Source: Polyangiaceae bacterium (GTDB lineage: Bacteria > Myxococcota_A > Polyangia > Polyangiales > Polyangiaceae). Taken from it: a stretch of 64,000 nt of DNA. The notes beneath the pieces are model-generated. The model worked only from the letters and a program-made list of their open reading frames with translations, had not been told where the DNA came from and did no database searches. Positions 45,676-55,152 of this stretch are shown piece after piece. A program made the position numbers and the translations under genes. Every line of letters begins with the position of its first letter. Position 1 is the first letter of the stretch. The DNA lies in the NCBI GenBank assembly GCA_044376115.1, contig JBILLK010000034.1, positions 47,596-111,595 on the forward strand, in the 5' to 3' direction.

Positions 45676-46770
45676 GTGCTCACGCCCCACCGTGTTTGGT
45701 TGACCTCACTGACCGTCTTAACGCTGGCGTGCGGCGCTCGCAGCAGCCTCGACGCGCTGGGAGAGCGCGCACCTGGTGACCCCGACCCGTTCTGTGGAGA
45801 CGCCGTTCTTTCCGCCACGGAAGCATGTGACGTCGGCGCTGACGTTGTCGGGGATGACTGTCTCGCCGATTGTCAGTTTGCTTACTGTGGTGATGGGGAA
45901 CAGCGTCCGGGGGAGGTATGCGACGACGGCAACAACCAAGATGGCGATGGTTGCGAAGCGGATTGCTCATTGCCTAGTTGTGGCGACGGGGTGGTGGATT
46001 CAGGCGAGGAATGTGACGGGGGAAGTCCAGCGGAGTGCACCCCTAACTGTACGTTCCCAGTTTGCGGCGACGGTTTCCTGGCTCCCAATGAGGAGTGTGA
46101 CGACGGCGCGCAGAACGGAATCACAGCGGCGTTGTCCGTGGTCTGGGGGGCACAGTCGGTCAACGTGACGCCCATCGTGCTCGTGGAAGGCGTGGCAGCC
46201 TTTTACGACTTTTCCTCCGCTAGCTCTCATACAGGCTTCGAGCAGGCTCACCTCAGCTCGCTCTTCTGTGCATTTGATTCAGCGGGTCTCCATCTCGTGA
46301 CCATTCACAACATCGACCAGGGCGTGGATGGCGTAAAAACCGGCAACGGGGAGGTGAATCAGCGCTTCAGCGGTTTGCCGCAGGGCGCAGCGGTGGAGGT
46401 CGCCGACGATCGTGCGGAGGAGTTTTCGCTCACCTCGGATGGGTCGGTCGTCGGGAATTGGAAGTTCCAGAACAACACGGACGGTGGAGTGATTGGCCCG
46501 CTCACGTTCCCTGGCGATTGGGTCATTCAGGTTGATTCAAACTTCATCGAAGGCATCGACCGGCATGAGTTCATCGATGCCCAGACGACGCTCGATCTGG
46601 AGCTTACGCCCACCGTGTCATTGGTCGCTCGTTCACAGGGGAGCGGCTGCCGCCCGGATTGCCTGCTGCCGCGTTGTGGCGACGGTTTCGTCGATGCGGG
46701 GGAAGTCTGTGACGACGGGGACCCCGCTTCTGGTGTCTGCAACGCCGATTGTTCTGGGCCCAATCCCTAG
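45676..46770 (+). CDS. Lipoprotein with myxobacterial Cys-rich repeats (DUF4215-like)
   Basis: LACGARSSL lipobox; repeated CGDG.....E.CDDG units. Confidence 0.85.
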   Translation: MLTPHRVWLTSLTVLTLACGARSSLDALGERAPGDPDPFCGDAVLSATEACDVGADVVGDDCLADCQFAYCGDGEQRPGEVCDDGNNQDGDGCEADCSLPSCGDGVVDSGEECDGGSPAECTPNCTFPVCGDGFLAPNEECDDGAQNGITAALSVVWGAQSVNVTPIVLVEGVAAFYDFSSASSHTGFEQAHLSSLFCAFDSAGLHLVTIHNIDQGVDGVKTGNGEVNQRFSGLPQGAAVEVADDRAEEFSLTSDGSVVGNWKFQNNTDGGVIGPLTFPGDWVIQVDSNFIEGIDRHEFIDAQTTLDLELTPTVSLVARSQGSGCRPDCLLPRCGDGFVDAGEVCDDGDPASGVCNADCSGPNP

Positions 46771-46819
46771 GTCAGGCGGACGACGCTGGTATGTGAGGCG
46801 GATCAAATACGTCTGGCCG

Positions 46820-46860
46820 ACAAACGCAAGAACGCCGCTTAGTGGGCTAAGCGGCGTTCT
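46820..46860 (-). terminator. Intrinsic terminator between convergent genes (possibly bidirectional)
   Basis: Perfect 14-bp stem AGAACGCCGCTTAG/CTAAGCGGCGTTCT (46829-46860) with a 4-nt loop; followed on the minus strand by TGCGTTTGT. Confidence 0.8.
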
Positions 46861-46881
46861 CGGCTGACGTTTCTTCCGATA

Positions 46882-48138
46882 CTAGAAGGAAGGCATATTC
46901 GTGCCGGCCACCGTTGTCTGCGGATCGGTGGACGCTTGGACGAACGGGTTACGTGAAGCGCTGCTGCTCTCGCTAGCCTTCTGGTAGATCTGGTCGAGCT
47001 GCACGGATACGTCGGCGTAGAAGATCGCCCCGGGGCTGTAGAAAATATTGCGATTCTTCCCGTCCTCACCGAGCGTCAGGGTCTCATTGTTGTACCCAAC
47101 GGTTACGTAGATGACATCGTAGATACCTTGAGTGATACCAAAGTCCACCGACGAGTTGGTTAGATAGGTCACACCATCATCGAGGCGGTCTGCCTGTTGG
47201 CATTCCCCTGCAACTACGATCTCACAGCTATTGCCCTCGAAGCTATCGCGGAAGCGACTGATGAGACGCCACGAGGTGTTGAACGAAAGGTCTTTGTAGA
47301 TCGGGAGAATTCCGGTGACGCCCGTGACGATGCGGTCACGATCGAAGGCGTTGAAGGTCAGCTGATCGGAGAGAAAGGTCCGTCCCGCTGCGGTTTGTCG
47401 TGGGCGCTCCAGGTCCGGATCGGTCGGCGTGGTTGCGCGGGAGAAGAGGTGCGACCAGGTAACGCCCCCGATCAACGTTAGGTTGTTGAGACCGTCCGCC
47501 GAGTTGCCGAGCAGCTTGATGTTCTGGAGGAGCGAGGTACCAAGAGCCGTCGTCAGATAGCGACCTTGGGCCTGACTGATCTCCGAGGTGGGGAAGATTG
47601 CGCGAGTTCGAACGAAGAGTCTGGAGATCCACTCACCGTCTTCCGAAGTGAAGAGGCTGTAGTTGTAACCAAGCCCCACCTGCACGTCTTGGAATTGGGG
47701 CTCCCGTTCGGTTGTGGTTCCACCTGAATTGGTCAGCTCGGTGCTGACCGCCAAGGATGCGTTGATGAACACCTTGTGCATCTTTTCATCGATGAACCAC
47801 CAGGCTGGGTTTAGCGAGAAGTCCAGATTGTACGCCTCATCCTCGTAGCCAATGTTGTCTCGGCCGATACCCAGGATGGTGCTGGTGGCCGAGTTGGTCA
47901 CGCTGAAGGTCGAGAAGCGGAAGCGCTTCGGCTTCAGGATCTCGGGCGTTGACGACTCAGCTTGGTCTGCAGCGGGCGGGGCTGCAGCGGGAGCCGCCGG
48001 AGCCGTGGTCGTTGCCGCTGGCGCGGCAGGCCCCGTAGTTGCACCCGGGGCTGTTCCTGCAGGTGGCTGTTGGGCGAAGACTGCGGCGGGGGTGCACAGG
48101 ACGACCGCAGTTGCGGCGAGAATGAGCCGTTCTTTCAT
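46882..48138 (-). CDS. Exported protein, probable outer-membrane beta-barrel
   Basis: Signal peptide ending VFA, Ala/Pro/Thr linker, amphipathic beta-strands rich in aromatic residues. Confidence 0.65.
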   Translation of the reverse strand: MKERLILAATAVVLCTPAAVFAQQPPAGTAPGATTGPAAPAATTTAPAAPAAAPPAADQAESSTPEILKPKRFRFSTFSVTNSATSTILGIGRDNIGYEDEAYNLDFSLNPAWWFIDEKMHKVFINASLAVSTELTNSGGTTTEREPQFQDVQVGLGYNYSLFTSEDGEWISRLFVRTRAIFPTSEISQAQGRYLTTALGTSLLQNIKLLGNSADGLNNLTLIGGVTWSHLFSRATTPTDPDLERPRQTAAGRTFLSDQLTFNAFDRDRIVTGVTGILPIYKDLSFNTSWRLISRFRDSFEGNSCEIVVAGECQQADRLDDGVTYLTNSSVDFGITQGIYDVIYVTVGYNNETLTLGEDGKNRNIFYSPGAIFYADVSVQLDQIYQKASESSSASRNPFVQASTDPQTTVAGTNMPSF

Positions 48139-48209
48139 TGCAGGATAACTCCGGGGTGCCTGATCTCATGGCGCAGCGGAGACGTCAATACGTCCCGGTT
48201 TTCGGGCAA

Positions 48210-48225
48210 GGCACGATGCGTGCCA
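48210..48225 (-). promoter_or_regulatory. Candidate sigma54 (-24/-12) promoter
   Basis: Minus strand TGGCACG-CATC-GTGCC against consensus TGGCACG-N4-TTGC; about 70 nt upstream of the 48138 start. Confidence 0.55.
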
Positions 48226-48312
48226 GCTCGTTTGCCGCTGAGAACGGGGGATTTGAACGGGCTCGTCAAGTTCGTAACGGACGTGCCCGTGCGGAGGTTG
48301 ATGGCGTGCGGG

Positions 48313-48328
48313 TGGCATAGCTCCTGCT
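48313..48328 (+). promoter_or_regulatory. Candidate sigma54 (-24/-12) promoter
   Basis: TGGCATA-GCTC-CTGCT with correct GG/GC spacing; about 50 nt upstream of ATG 48377. Confidence 0.45.
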
Positions 48329-48376
48329 GATGGGGCGGCAGGCGGACGAGTTGCTCCGCCTACGTTTGGAGAACGC

Positions 48377-48853
48377 ATGCACAAGCAGACCGCCGTTTGG
48401 ATCGACCACAATGAAGCGCGCCTTTTTCCTATCTCAAGGCTGGGAAAGGAGCGCGAGATGGTCACGGTCTCGTTGGAATTACACCCCCACAAGCACCCGC
48501 GAGGCCCTGAAGGGCGCAAAGCTCGACCGGAGGACCAAAAGCGGTTCTTCAAGAAGGTGGCCGCGAGTTTAGGGAAACGGGCTCACGTCCTGATCGTCGG
48601 CCCGTCCACCGCGAAGCTTGCGTTCTTGCGCTTTGCGCGTGATCACGATCGTGGGCTCGAGCGCCGAATCGTAGGGCTGGAGACGGTGGACCATCCTTCC
48701 AATCCGCAGCTGATCGCGTTCGCTAGAAGCTTCTTCATGCGGGCAGAAGCGTCCTTGGCCGACTCCGGCGAGGTTCAAGACGAACAGAACCGAGCTACCG
48801 AGGACTTCTCGACGCCGCACCACAACGGGGAAGTCCGTGGGCCTTCAATCTGA
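48377..48853 (+). CDS. eRF1-domain-like 'translational machinery' protein
   Basis: AVWIDH.EA.., [30 protein letters not shown]; no GGQ; SD GGAG. Confidence 0.75.
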   Translation: MHKQTAVWIDHNEARLFPISRLGKEREMVTVSLELHPHKHPRGPEGRKARPEDQKRFFKKVAASLGKRAHVLIVGPSTAKLAFLRFARDHDRGLERRIVGLETVDHPSNPQLIAFARSFFMRAEASLADSGEVQDEQNRATEDFSTPHHNGEVRGPSI

Positions 48854-48963
48854 CGTGGTCCCCCACCGTTTCGACGTTCATCGGGTGGAACCAAATCACC
48901 TTCACGACGTTCGCTGAGCGGCCATCGCGGCTGACCCGCGATCGATGTGGTATTCGCGCGCTC

Positions 48964-49629
48964 ATGCTCTCGATCCCCGAAGTGCCTCACCAGACGCATC
49001 CACCGCGCCTGCTCTTTCTGTACGGCTCCTTGCGCAAGCGTTCGTACAGCCGCCTATTGGCCGAAGAAGCGGCTCGCATCGTCAGCGACCTCGGAGCTGA
49101 AACGCGCTTCTTCGACCCGACGGATTTGCCGCTGTGCGACGCGGTGCCTGCCGACCATCCCAAGGTGGTTGAGCTGCGCGCTCTTTCGGAGTGGTCGGAG
49201 GGCCAAGTCTGGTCCTCCCCGGAGAAGCACGGAACGATCACCGGGATCATGAAGAATCAAATCGACTGGATACCTCTCAATGTGGGGGCCGTACGGCCGA
49301 CTCAGGGACGCACGCTCGCCGTCATGCAGGTAAGCGGCGGCTCGCAGTCCTTCAATGCAGTAAACAGCTTACGCATCCTGGGCCGCTGGATGCGCATGTT
49401 CACCATCCCCAATCAGTCGTCGGTCGCCAAGGCCTATGAGCAATTCGAGGAGGACGGTCGGATGAAGGACTCCTCCTATCGCGACCGGCTGATTGATGTG
49501 ATGGAGGAGCTGTTCAAGTTCACCATGTTGTTACGGGACCATCGCGAGTTCCTCAGTGATCGACACAGCGAGCGACGTGAGTTGAGTGCGCGCTTGAGCG
49601 CAGAAGCCGCCCGCAAAGCCACCGAATAG
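48964..49629 (+). CDS. arsH: Arsenical resistance NADPH-dependent FMN reductase
   Basis: [48 protein letters not shown] and [13 protein letters not shown]. Confidence 0.95.
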   Translation: MLSIPEVPHQTHPPRLLFLYGSLRKRSYSRLLAEEAARIVSDLGAETRFFDPTDLPLCDAVPADHPKVVELRALSEWSEGQVWSSPEKHGTITGIMKNQIDWIPLNVGAVRPTQGRTLAVMQVSGGSQSFNAVNSLRILGRWMRMFTIPNQSSVAKAYEQFEEDGRMKDSSYRDRLIDVMEELFKFTMLLRDHREFLSDRHSERRELSARLSAEAARKATE

Positions 49630-49706
49630 CCAGCTTCAGGAAGAAACTCGGAGCTAATCGAAACGGGGGGACCTTCGGCGCGACCTCCTATATATTGCGC
49701 CTCGCT

Positions 49707-52700
49707 ATGCGCATTTCCCGACCGACCTTCTTTGCTCTCTTGCTCTCGGCCACAGGCTGCTCCCTGATCGCTTCACCCGACGAGGATCTGCTTCGTGGTG
49801 GTGGTGGAAACGGAGGGGACGGTGGCACGGGCGCTCTTGGTGGTGCCGGTGCTAATGGCGGCATGGGCGGCGGCGGTATGGGCGGCCTGGGTGGCGGCGG
49901 TATGGGCGGCCTGGGTGGCGGCGGTATGGGCGGCCTGGGTGGCGGCGGTATGGGCGGCCTGGGTGGCGGCGGTATGGGCGGCTCTGGCGGTGGTTGCGCC
50001 GAAGCCTCCGAATGTCCCGAGCCGGCAGGCAATTGCGAAGTAGCGACCTGCACGGACGGAGTCTGCGGGTTCTCGCCTGTCGCAGACGGCACCCCCGTCC
50101 CCGCGGCTTCGCAAACCGACTTTGATTGCAAGGCGGTGGTTTGCGACGGAGCCGGTGCCGAAGAGGTCATCAACGACGATTTGGACCTCCCGTTCGACAA
50201 CAACGAATGCACCGAAGACGTGTGCACCGCTGGCGTCGCAACCAACCCCAATAGCGCCGCTGGCGAGCTGTGCGGCGTTGGGCTGAGCTGCAACGGCGCT
50301 GGCGTGTGCAGCGGCTGCACGATGCCCTCGCAATGTGGCGCGGACAACGATTGTCAGACGCCGACCTGTGTCGCCGGAGCTTGCGGTTTCAACTTCGAGC
50401 CGCTTGGTACGGCCGTCACTACGCAAGGCGGCGGGCAGACGGACTTTGACTGTCAGACGGCCATTTGTGATGGTAACGGCGGTATAACCGGTGAGCCGGA
50501 TGACACGGACCTTCCGGACGACGGCGCAGACTGTACGGATGACGTTTGCACCAACGGCGTTCCCTCCAATCCGGATCGCCCGCTGGGAAGTGGCTGCAAT
50601 GAAAACGGTGGTAGCGTTTGCAACGCCACTGGTGATTGCGTCGATTGCAATGTCCCTGGGGATTGCGGCGCTGCGCCAGCTTGCGAAATTGCGACCTGCG
50701 TTGCATCGACCTGCGGCACCACCGATGCGGCGGCGGGAACGCTCGTCGGGACGCAGACGCCCGGCGACTGCCGACGCTCCGAGTGCGATGGCATGGGCAA
50801 CGTGGTGCCCAACGCAATCGACAATACCGATGTCCCCACCGACGCCTTTGATTGCACTTCGGACGTCTGTACGGCTGGCGTTCCTTCCAATCCGCCGCAG
50901 GCCCTTGGCTTCACCTGCAACGATGCCGGCGGAACGGTCTGCAATGCCGTAGGTAGCTGCGTACAATGCAATGCTCCGGCAGACTGTACAACGATTCCCG
51001 ATACCTTCTGTCAGACGCCAACCTGCACCAGCGGTTCTTGCGGCGCCGCCTTCGAGGCGCCTGGGACCGTGCTTCCTGCAGGCGATCAGCAAGCAGGAAA
51101 CTGCCAGGTAGCGGTCTGCAATGGAAGCGGCGGTACCACCAACCAGATCGACAACGCCGATCTCCCGGTCGATGCCAATCAATGTACCCAAAACGTTTGC
51201 ACGGCTGGTGTCCCGTCCAACCCGTTCGAGAACTCAGGCACGCCTTGCACTCAAAATGGCGGCTTCTTCTGCAACGGGACAGGCTCCTGCGTCGAGTGTA
51301 CGACGGGAGCTCAATGTGGTAGCGGGGTCTGCACCAACAACGTGTGTCAGGTCGGCTCTTGCAGCGACAACCTGACCAACGGCTCGGAGACGGACACAGA
51401 CTGTGGCGGTGGCGTCTGCCCCGCTTGTCCAAACGGGGACGTGTGTGTCCTTCCGGCTGACTGCTTGAGTGGCGTGTGCACGAGCAACACCTGCCAGGCT
51501 GTGACGGTCTCGTCGGTTACCGTTCGGGACCAGTCCAACGCGGTGGTTCCAGCCGCTGGCGCAACCGGTGTTCCTACGACCCCGCCTTCGATTGTGATCA
51601 CCTTCAGCGGGGCCGTGCAAGCCGCCAGCCTCACGCTCGACACGACGTTGGATGACGGCGCCTGCACCGGCGCGATTCAGGTCTCGTCCGACGAGTTCGT
51701 GACCTGTATCCCCTTTAGCTCCGGAACGGCTTCCCTAGCGGGTAACGTCGCAACGCTAACGCCCTCGCCCCACTTCTCGTTCGGCAGCTCTTACAAGGTC
51801 CGCGTAACGAGCTCGGCGCTTGACGCCGGCGGAGCCGCGGTGACCGCTTTCACCCTACCCACGGCCTTCACCACCCGCACCGACGCCACCTCGAGCGTGG
51901 TGATTAGCCAAGCTTACGGCGGCGGCGGGAACGCCGGGGCTACCTTCCTCAATGACTTCGTCGAGCTGCACAATCGCAGTTCGATCCCCGTAGACATCAG
52001 CGGTTGGTCGGTTCAGTACACCTCCGCTACCGGTACCACCTGGCAGGTGACCAACATTCCCGCCGCGACGATCCTTCAGCCGGGCGAGTACTATTTGGTT
52101 CAACAAGCCGCAGGCGCAGGGCCGAGTCCAGCGCTTCCGACGCCGGATGTCGTTGGCTCAATCGCTATGAGCGGAACCGCTGGCAAGGTCGCACTCGTCA
52201 GCAACACCACGGCCCTCACCGGGGCCTGCCCCACGCTCAATGTGGTGGACCTGGTCGGCTACGGCACGACGGCCAACTGTGTTGAGGGCGTGGGCACGAC
52301 GGCCAACCTAAGCAGCAGCACCTCAGCGTTCCGGCGCATTCAGGGCTGCTACGATACCAACGGTACCGCCGTCGATATTCAGAACCTAACCCCCAATCCG
52401 CGTAACACGGCGTCGCCTGATTTCGTGTGCGCAGGTCCAGTTCAGAATGAGAACGGCACGGCGGGTGAAGTTCAGTTCTGTAACCTCCAGTTCCCGCTAA
52501 CGCTCAACGTCGCAGCTGGCGCGAGCACCGGGAACATCTTCGGTCGGATCTTCGCAACTGGCATCACCGAGCCGGCCGGGGCTCCAGCCGGCGTGATTGC
52601 GCAGTTGGGTTTCGGTGTAGCAACGACGAACCCTGAGATGCAGACGGGATGGACGTGGCAAACGGCCACCTTCAATTTGCAGTCTGGTAACGACGACGAG

Positions 52701-52865
52701 TTCGTCTCGTCGTTCTTGGCGCCAGCGAGCGGAACCTACGCCTTTACCTATCGTTTCTCGCTCGATGGCGGGGCGACCTGGACGGTCTGCGATGCTGACG
52801 GCGCCGGGTCGAACGCTGCGCTCGACTTCGAGACGCCGGAGCTCGGAATTCTCACCGTCCCCTGA
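49707..52865 (+). CDS. Large surface lipoprotein: Gly/Met linker, four Cys-rich repeats, Ig-like domain, lamin-tail domain, C-terminal beta domain
   Basis: Lipobox ATGC; repeated D.P.D...CT..VCT.GV..NP units; ETDTDCGG; LTD motif VVISQAYGGGGN...DFVELHN...DISGWS. Confidence 0.85.
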   Translation: MRISRPTFFALLLSATGCSLIASPDEDLLRGGGGNGGDGGTGALGGAGANGGMGGGGMGGLGGGGMGGLGGGGMGGLGGGGMGGLGGGGMGGSGGGCAEASECPEPAGNCEVATCTDGVCGFSPVADGTPVPAASQTDFDCKAVVCDGAGAEEVINDDLDLPFDNNECTEDVCTAGVATNPNSAAGELCGVGLSCNGAGVCSGCTMPSQCGADNDCQTPTCVAGACGFNFEPLGTAVTTQGGGQTDFDCQTAICDGNGGITGEPDDTDLPDDGADCTDDVCTNGVPSNPDRPLGSGCNENGGSVCNATGDCVDCNVPGDCGAAPACEIATCVASTCGTTDAAAGTLVGTQTPGDCRRSECDGMGNVVPNAIDNTDVPTDAFDCTSDVCTAGVPSNPPQALGFTCNDAGGTVCNAVGSCVQCNAPADCTTIPDTFCQTPTCTSGSCGAAFEAPGTVLPAGDQQAGNCQVAVCNGSGGTTNQIDNADLPVDANQCTQNVCTAGVPSNPFENSGTPCTQNGGFFCNGTGSCVECTTGAQCGSGVCTNNVCQVGSCSDNLTNGSETDTDCGGGVCPACPNGDVCVLPADCLSGVCTSNTCQAVTVSSVTVRDQSNAVVPAAGATGVPTTPPSIVITFSGAVQAASLTLDTTLDDGACTGAIQVSSDEFVTCIPFSSGTASLAGNVATLTPSPHFSFGSSYKVRVTSSALDAGGAAVTAFTLPTAFTTRTDATSSVVISQAYGGGGNAGATFLNDFVELHNRSSIPVDISGWSVQYTSATGTTWQVTNIPAATILQPGEYYLVQQAAGAGPSPALPTPDVVGSIAMSGTAGKVALVSNTTALTGACPTLNVVDLVGYGTTANCVEGVGTTANLSSSTSAFRRIQGCYDTNGTAVDIQNLTPNPRNTASPDFVCAGPVQNENGTAGEVQFCNLQFPLTLNVAAGASTGNIFGRIFATGITEPAGAPAGVIAQLGFGVATTNPEMQTGWTWQTATFNLQSGNDDEFVSSFLAPASGTYAFTYRFSLDGGATWTVCDADGAGSNAALDFETPELGILTVP
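49869..49982 (+). repeat. Perfect 24-bp in-frame tandem repeat (4.75 copies) encoding GGGMGGLG
   Basis: Unit GGCGGCGGTATGGGCGGCCTGGGT at 49869, 49893, 49917 and 49941, with a partial copy at 49965. Confidence 0.95.
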
Positions 52866-52883
52866 GCTCTGCTGGGTTCAAGT

Positions 52884-52920
52884 GAAACGGCCTTCGGAAG
52901 AGGGCCGTTTCTGCGTTTGT
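52884..52920 (+). terminator. Intrinsic terminator between convergent genes
   Basis: GAAACGGCCTTC-GGAA-GAGGGCCGTTTC (12-bp stem with one G:U pair, GNRA loop), followed by TGCGTTTGT. Confidence 0.8.
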
Positions 52921-52939
52921 AGTCCGCTGCTAGCGCGGC

Positions 52940-53848
52940 CTACTGCGCAGGTAGCGGCGATACCTGAGTAGCGTGCAGCCGATACAAGCTCGTGACGTAT
53001 TCCTCCTCGCGTTGTTCTCCGACTTCGAGTGTGCCGACGACCATGACTGGCTCATCTGAGTATGCGGCTCCCTTGCCACCCTTGAAGTCGACCAGGACGA
53101 GTTGATTGACGCTCGGCGCGCTGCCAAAGCAGCAACCGCTGAGCGATTCGGACAAAACGAACTCGCGAATGTTCTCGATCTCGCCGAGCGCATCCATGTA
53201 GCCGGTAAGCACGACCTTCTTGCCGTTGAGGTCGCTCACCTCGCTGGGTAACTTCATCCCGTCTTCGAACTCGTAGTCGCCAATCGTCTCCCAGCGCACG
53301 ATCAGCGCGCCATCGGGGGCCTGGCTCGGGATTGGGGCACGCTTGGTGGCGCCTTCTTGCTTGACCACGTAGGTGACGTAGCCGGCGAGCTTCGCGGCGC
53401 GTGACTTGATCTTCTCTGGCTGCGCAATGTCGGCGCGCAGAATCTTGTTCTCGGCAAGTCCTTCCGGAAGTTGTTCGAGGACCCTGCGGGCTACGTGTTT
53501 GCGCGACCGGCCGGTGCCCAGTTGCTCCTTGGCGAGCACCTCGACCAAGCTCGACTTGAAGGCCTTTCCGGCTTCCTCATCGATGTTGGACGCCAGGTAG
53601 GTCGATAGGATGGTCTCAATCGCGGCGGAGACGCGCTCTTCTTGCGAAGAGCGTGTCTTCGCCTTGTCGCGCAGCTCCGCTAGTTTTGCCGCTCGCTCGG
53701 GATCGACCGAATTGGCCGTACGCGGACCATCCGCTAGCACCGGGGCGGGAGGGACGGACGGCGTTAGCCACTGACGCAGGCCGATGAGACCTCCCGCGGT
53801 CGCGCCCGCCACGAGCAGGCCAACCATCACCTTTGTTCGTCCAGTCAT
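52940..53848 (-). CDS. DUF3299 domain protein with N-terminal TM anchor and helical extension
   Basis: C-terminal LNGKKV.L.GYM..L...EFVL....CCFG..P..NQLV.V...V.GTL pattern. Confidence 0.8.
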   Translation of the reverse strand: MTGRTKVMVGLLVAGATAGGLIGLRQWLTPSVPPAPVLADGPRTANSVDPERAAKLAELRDKAKTRSSQEERVSAAIETILSTYLASNIDEEAGKAFKSSLVEVLAKEQLGTGRSRKHVARRVLEQLPEGLAENKILRADIAQPEKIKSRAAKLAGYVTYVVKQEGATKRAPIPSQAPDGALIVRWETIGDYEFEDGMKLPSEVSDLNGKKVVLTGYMDALGEIENIREFVLSESLSGCCFGSAPSVNQLVLVDFKGGKGAAYSDEPVMVVGTLEVGEQREEEYVTSLYRLHATQVSPLPAQ

Positions 53849-55152
53849 CCTGCTCTCCCAAGATTCTCCGCCACCGCCGTCCTATAGGCTGAAAGGGCCG
53901 GGAACAAGCCTGCCACAGCTCCGACGGCTGTCACGGCCAGGACCAGCGACGGTTCCACCGGGACTGCGCGCGCGACGCCCTCGCGACCAAGGGGCAAAAG
54001 CCAACTCAGCTCCAGCGCGCAGCCCGCAGCCTGCTCCAGGCGTGGCCCAAATACGTAGAGGAAGGCATGGCCGAGAAGGACGCCCGCGAGGGCGCCAACA
54101 AAGGCGAGCGCTGCTGCCTCAATTACGAGTAGCCAAAGCACCGTCGTGCGGTGGGCGCCTACGGCCCGCAAAACGGCGAGCTCATGTCGGCGTGCCGCCA
54201 TTGCACCATAAAGCGAACTACCGACGGACAGCGCTCCCACCAAGACCACCGCCCAAGCGACGACCAGAAGCAGGTCGCGCACGTTGCCAACCATGCTCAG
54301 AAAGCGGGCGATCTCCTGGGCAGGGCTGACCGCCTGAAGATCCGTACGCTTGTTGAGGACCGGCAACATCATCGTCTTCGCGGTGGCGCTCTTGGGAAAG
54401 AGCAGCACTGCGCTGATCCCCGGTTCGCTCTGGCCATCCTCCTTCACCACCTTGGCGCCCTCGCGGTGCTCGTCGATGGCCAAGAAGCTCTCCAGGTTGA
54501 CGAAGATGACTCGATCGAGCGCGGTCCCTGTCTTTTTCAGTACGCCAGTGACTTGCCATGCTTCGTGATGGGCTTGCCCGCTTGCCTCGACGCCATGAGT
54601 TGGAGAAAGTTCAGCTCCGAGATCGAGCGCGAGCATGCGAGCCGCCTCGCTGCCGAGAACGGCCTCGCGTGTCTCTACCTCATATTCCCCAACGCTGCTC
54701 AGTACCTCACGAACTCGCGCAGGGTCGGAGGTGAAGGCGCGCCCGCGGGAGAGCTCGAGCGGTTTCCCCGGGAGCGGTTGAAAGCTTGGATCGAAGATCC
54801 CTTCGGAGCTGCCGACGATACGGAAGCCCCGATAGGAATCGCCTAATGCGTAGGGGACGGCCAGCTTGACCCAGGGCTCCTTTTGCAGCTCCTCAAAGGC
54901 GCGAAACGGCATGAGCCCGGGGCTGCGATCACGTTGGTACACGACACTCAGCACGAGCTCCAAGCGCGACCCGCGGGGACCAACCAAGATGGGTATGCCG
55001 CTTCCTTGGTTCTCGTAGGCGACCCCGAGTGCTTGTGAAAGGACAACGATGGAGGTGACCAGGGCAACCCCGAGAGCCACGCTTAGAGCGACCAACAGGC
55101 TCGTCGTCCTTCGATACGCGAGAGAGCGGAAGACCAGGCGAAGGAGCATCAT
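53845..55152 (-). CDS. ABC transporter permease (FtsX/MacB-like, ZrgC-type)
   Basis: VGPRGS.LELVL..VY, AVP.ALGDSYRGFRIVG, THG...HH, V.GVL..TGT..DR.IF and RRHELAVLRAVGA. Confidence 0.88.
   Translation of the reverse strand: MMLLRLVFRSLAYRRTTSLLVALSVALGVALVTSIVVLSQALGVAYENQGSGIPILVGPRGSRLELVLSVVYQRDRSPGLMPFRAFEELQKEPWVKLAVPYALGDSYRGFRIVGSSEGIFDPSFQPLPGKPLELSRGRAFTSDPARVREVLSSVGEYEVETREAVLGSEAARMLALDLGAELSPTHGVEASGQAHHEAWQVTGVLKKTGTALDRVIFVNLESFLAIDEHREGAKVVKEDGQSEPGISAVLLFPKSATAKTMMLPVLNKRTDLQAVSPAQEIARFLSMVGNVRDLLLVVAWAVVLVGALSVGSSLYGAMAARRHELAVLRAVGAHRTTVLWLLVIEAAALAFVGALAGVLLGHAFLYVFGPRLEQAAGCALELSWLLPLGREGVARAVPVEPSLVLAVTAVGAVAGLFPALSAYRTAVAENLGRAG

Noticed and set aside
49869..49982. CRISPR-like array
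   Set aside because: The repeats are contiguous with no spacers, in frame within a CDS, and there are no cas genes.
49688..51191. Long antisense ORFs such as poly-Pro PPPPRPPI, and other opposite-strand ORFs of 250-470 aa (9663-10766, 62633-63691)
   Set aside because: These are shadow ORFs of GC-rich, Gly-rich genes on the other strand, with no independent motifs.
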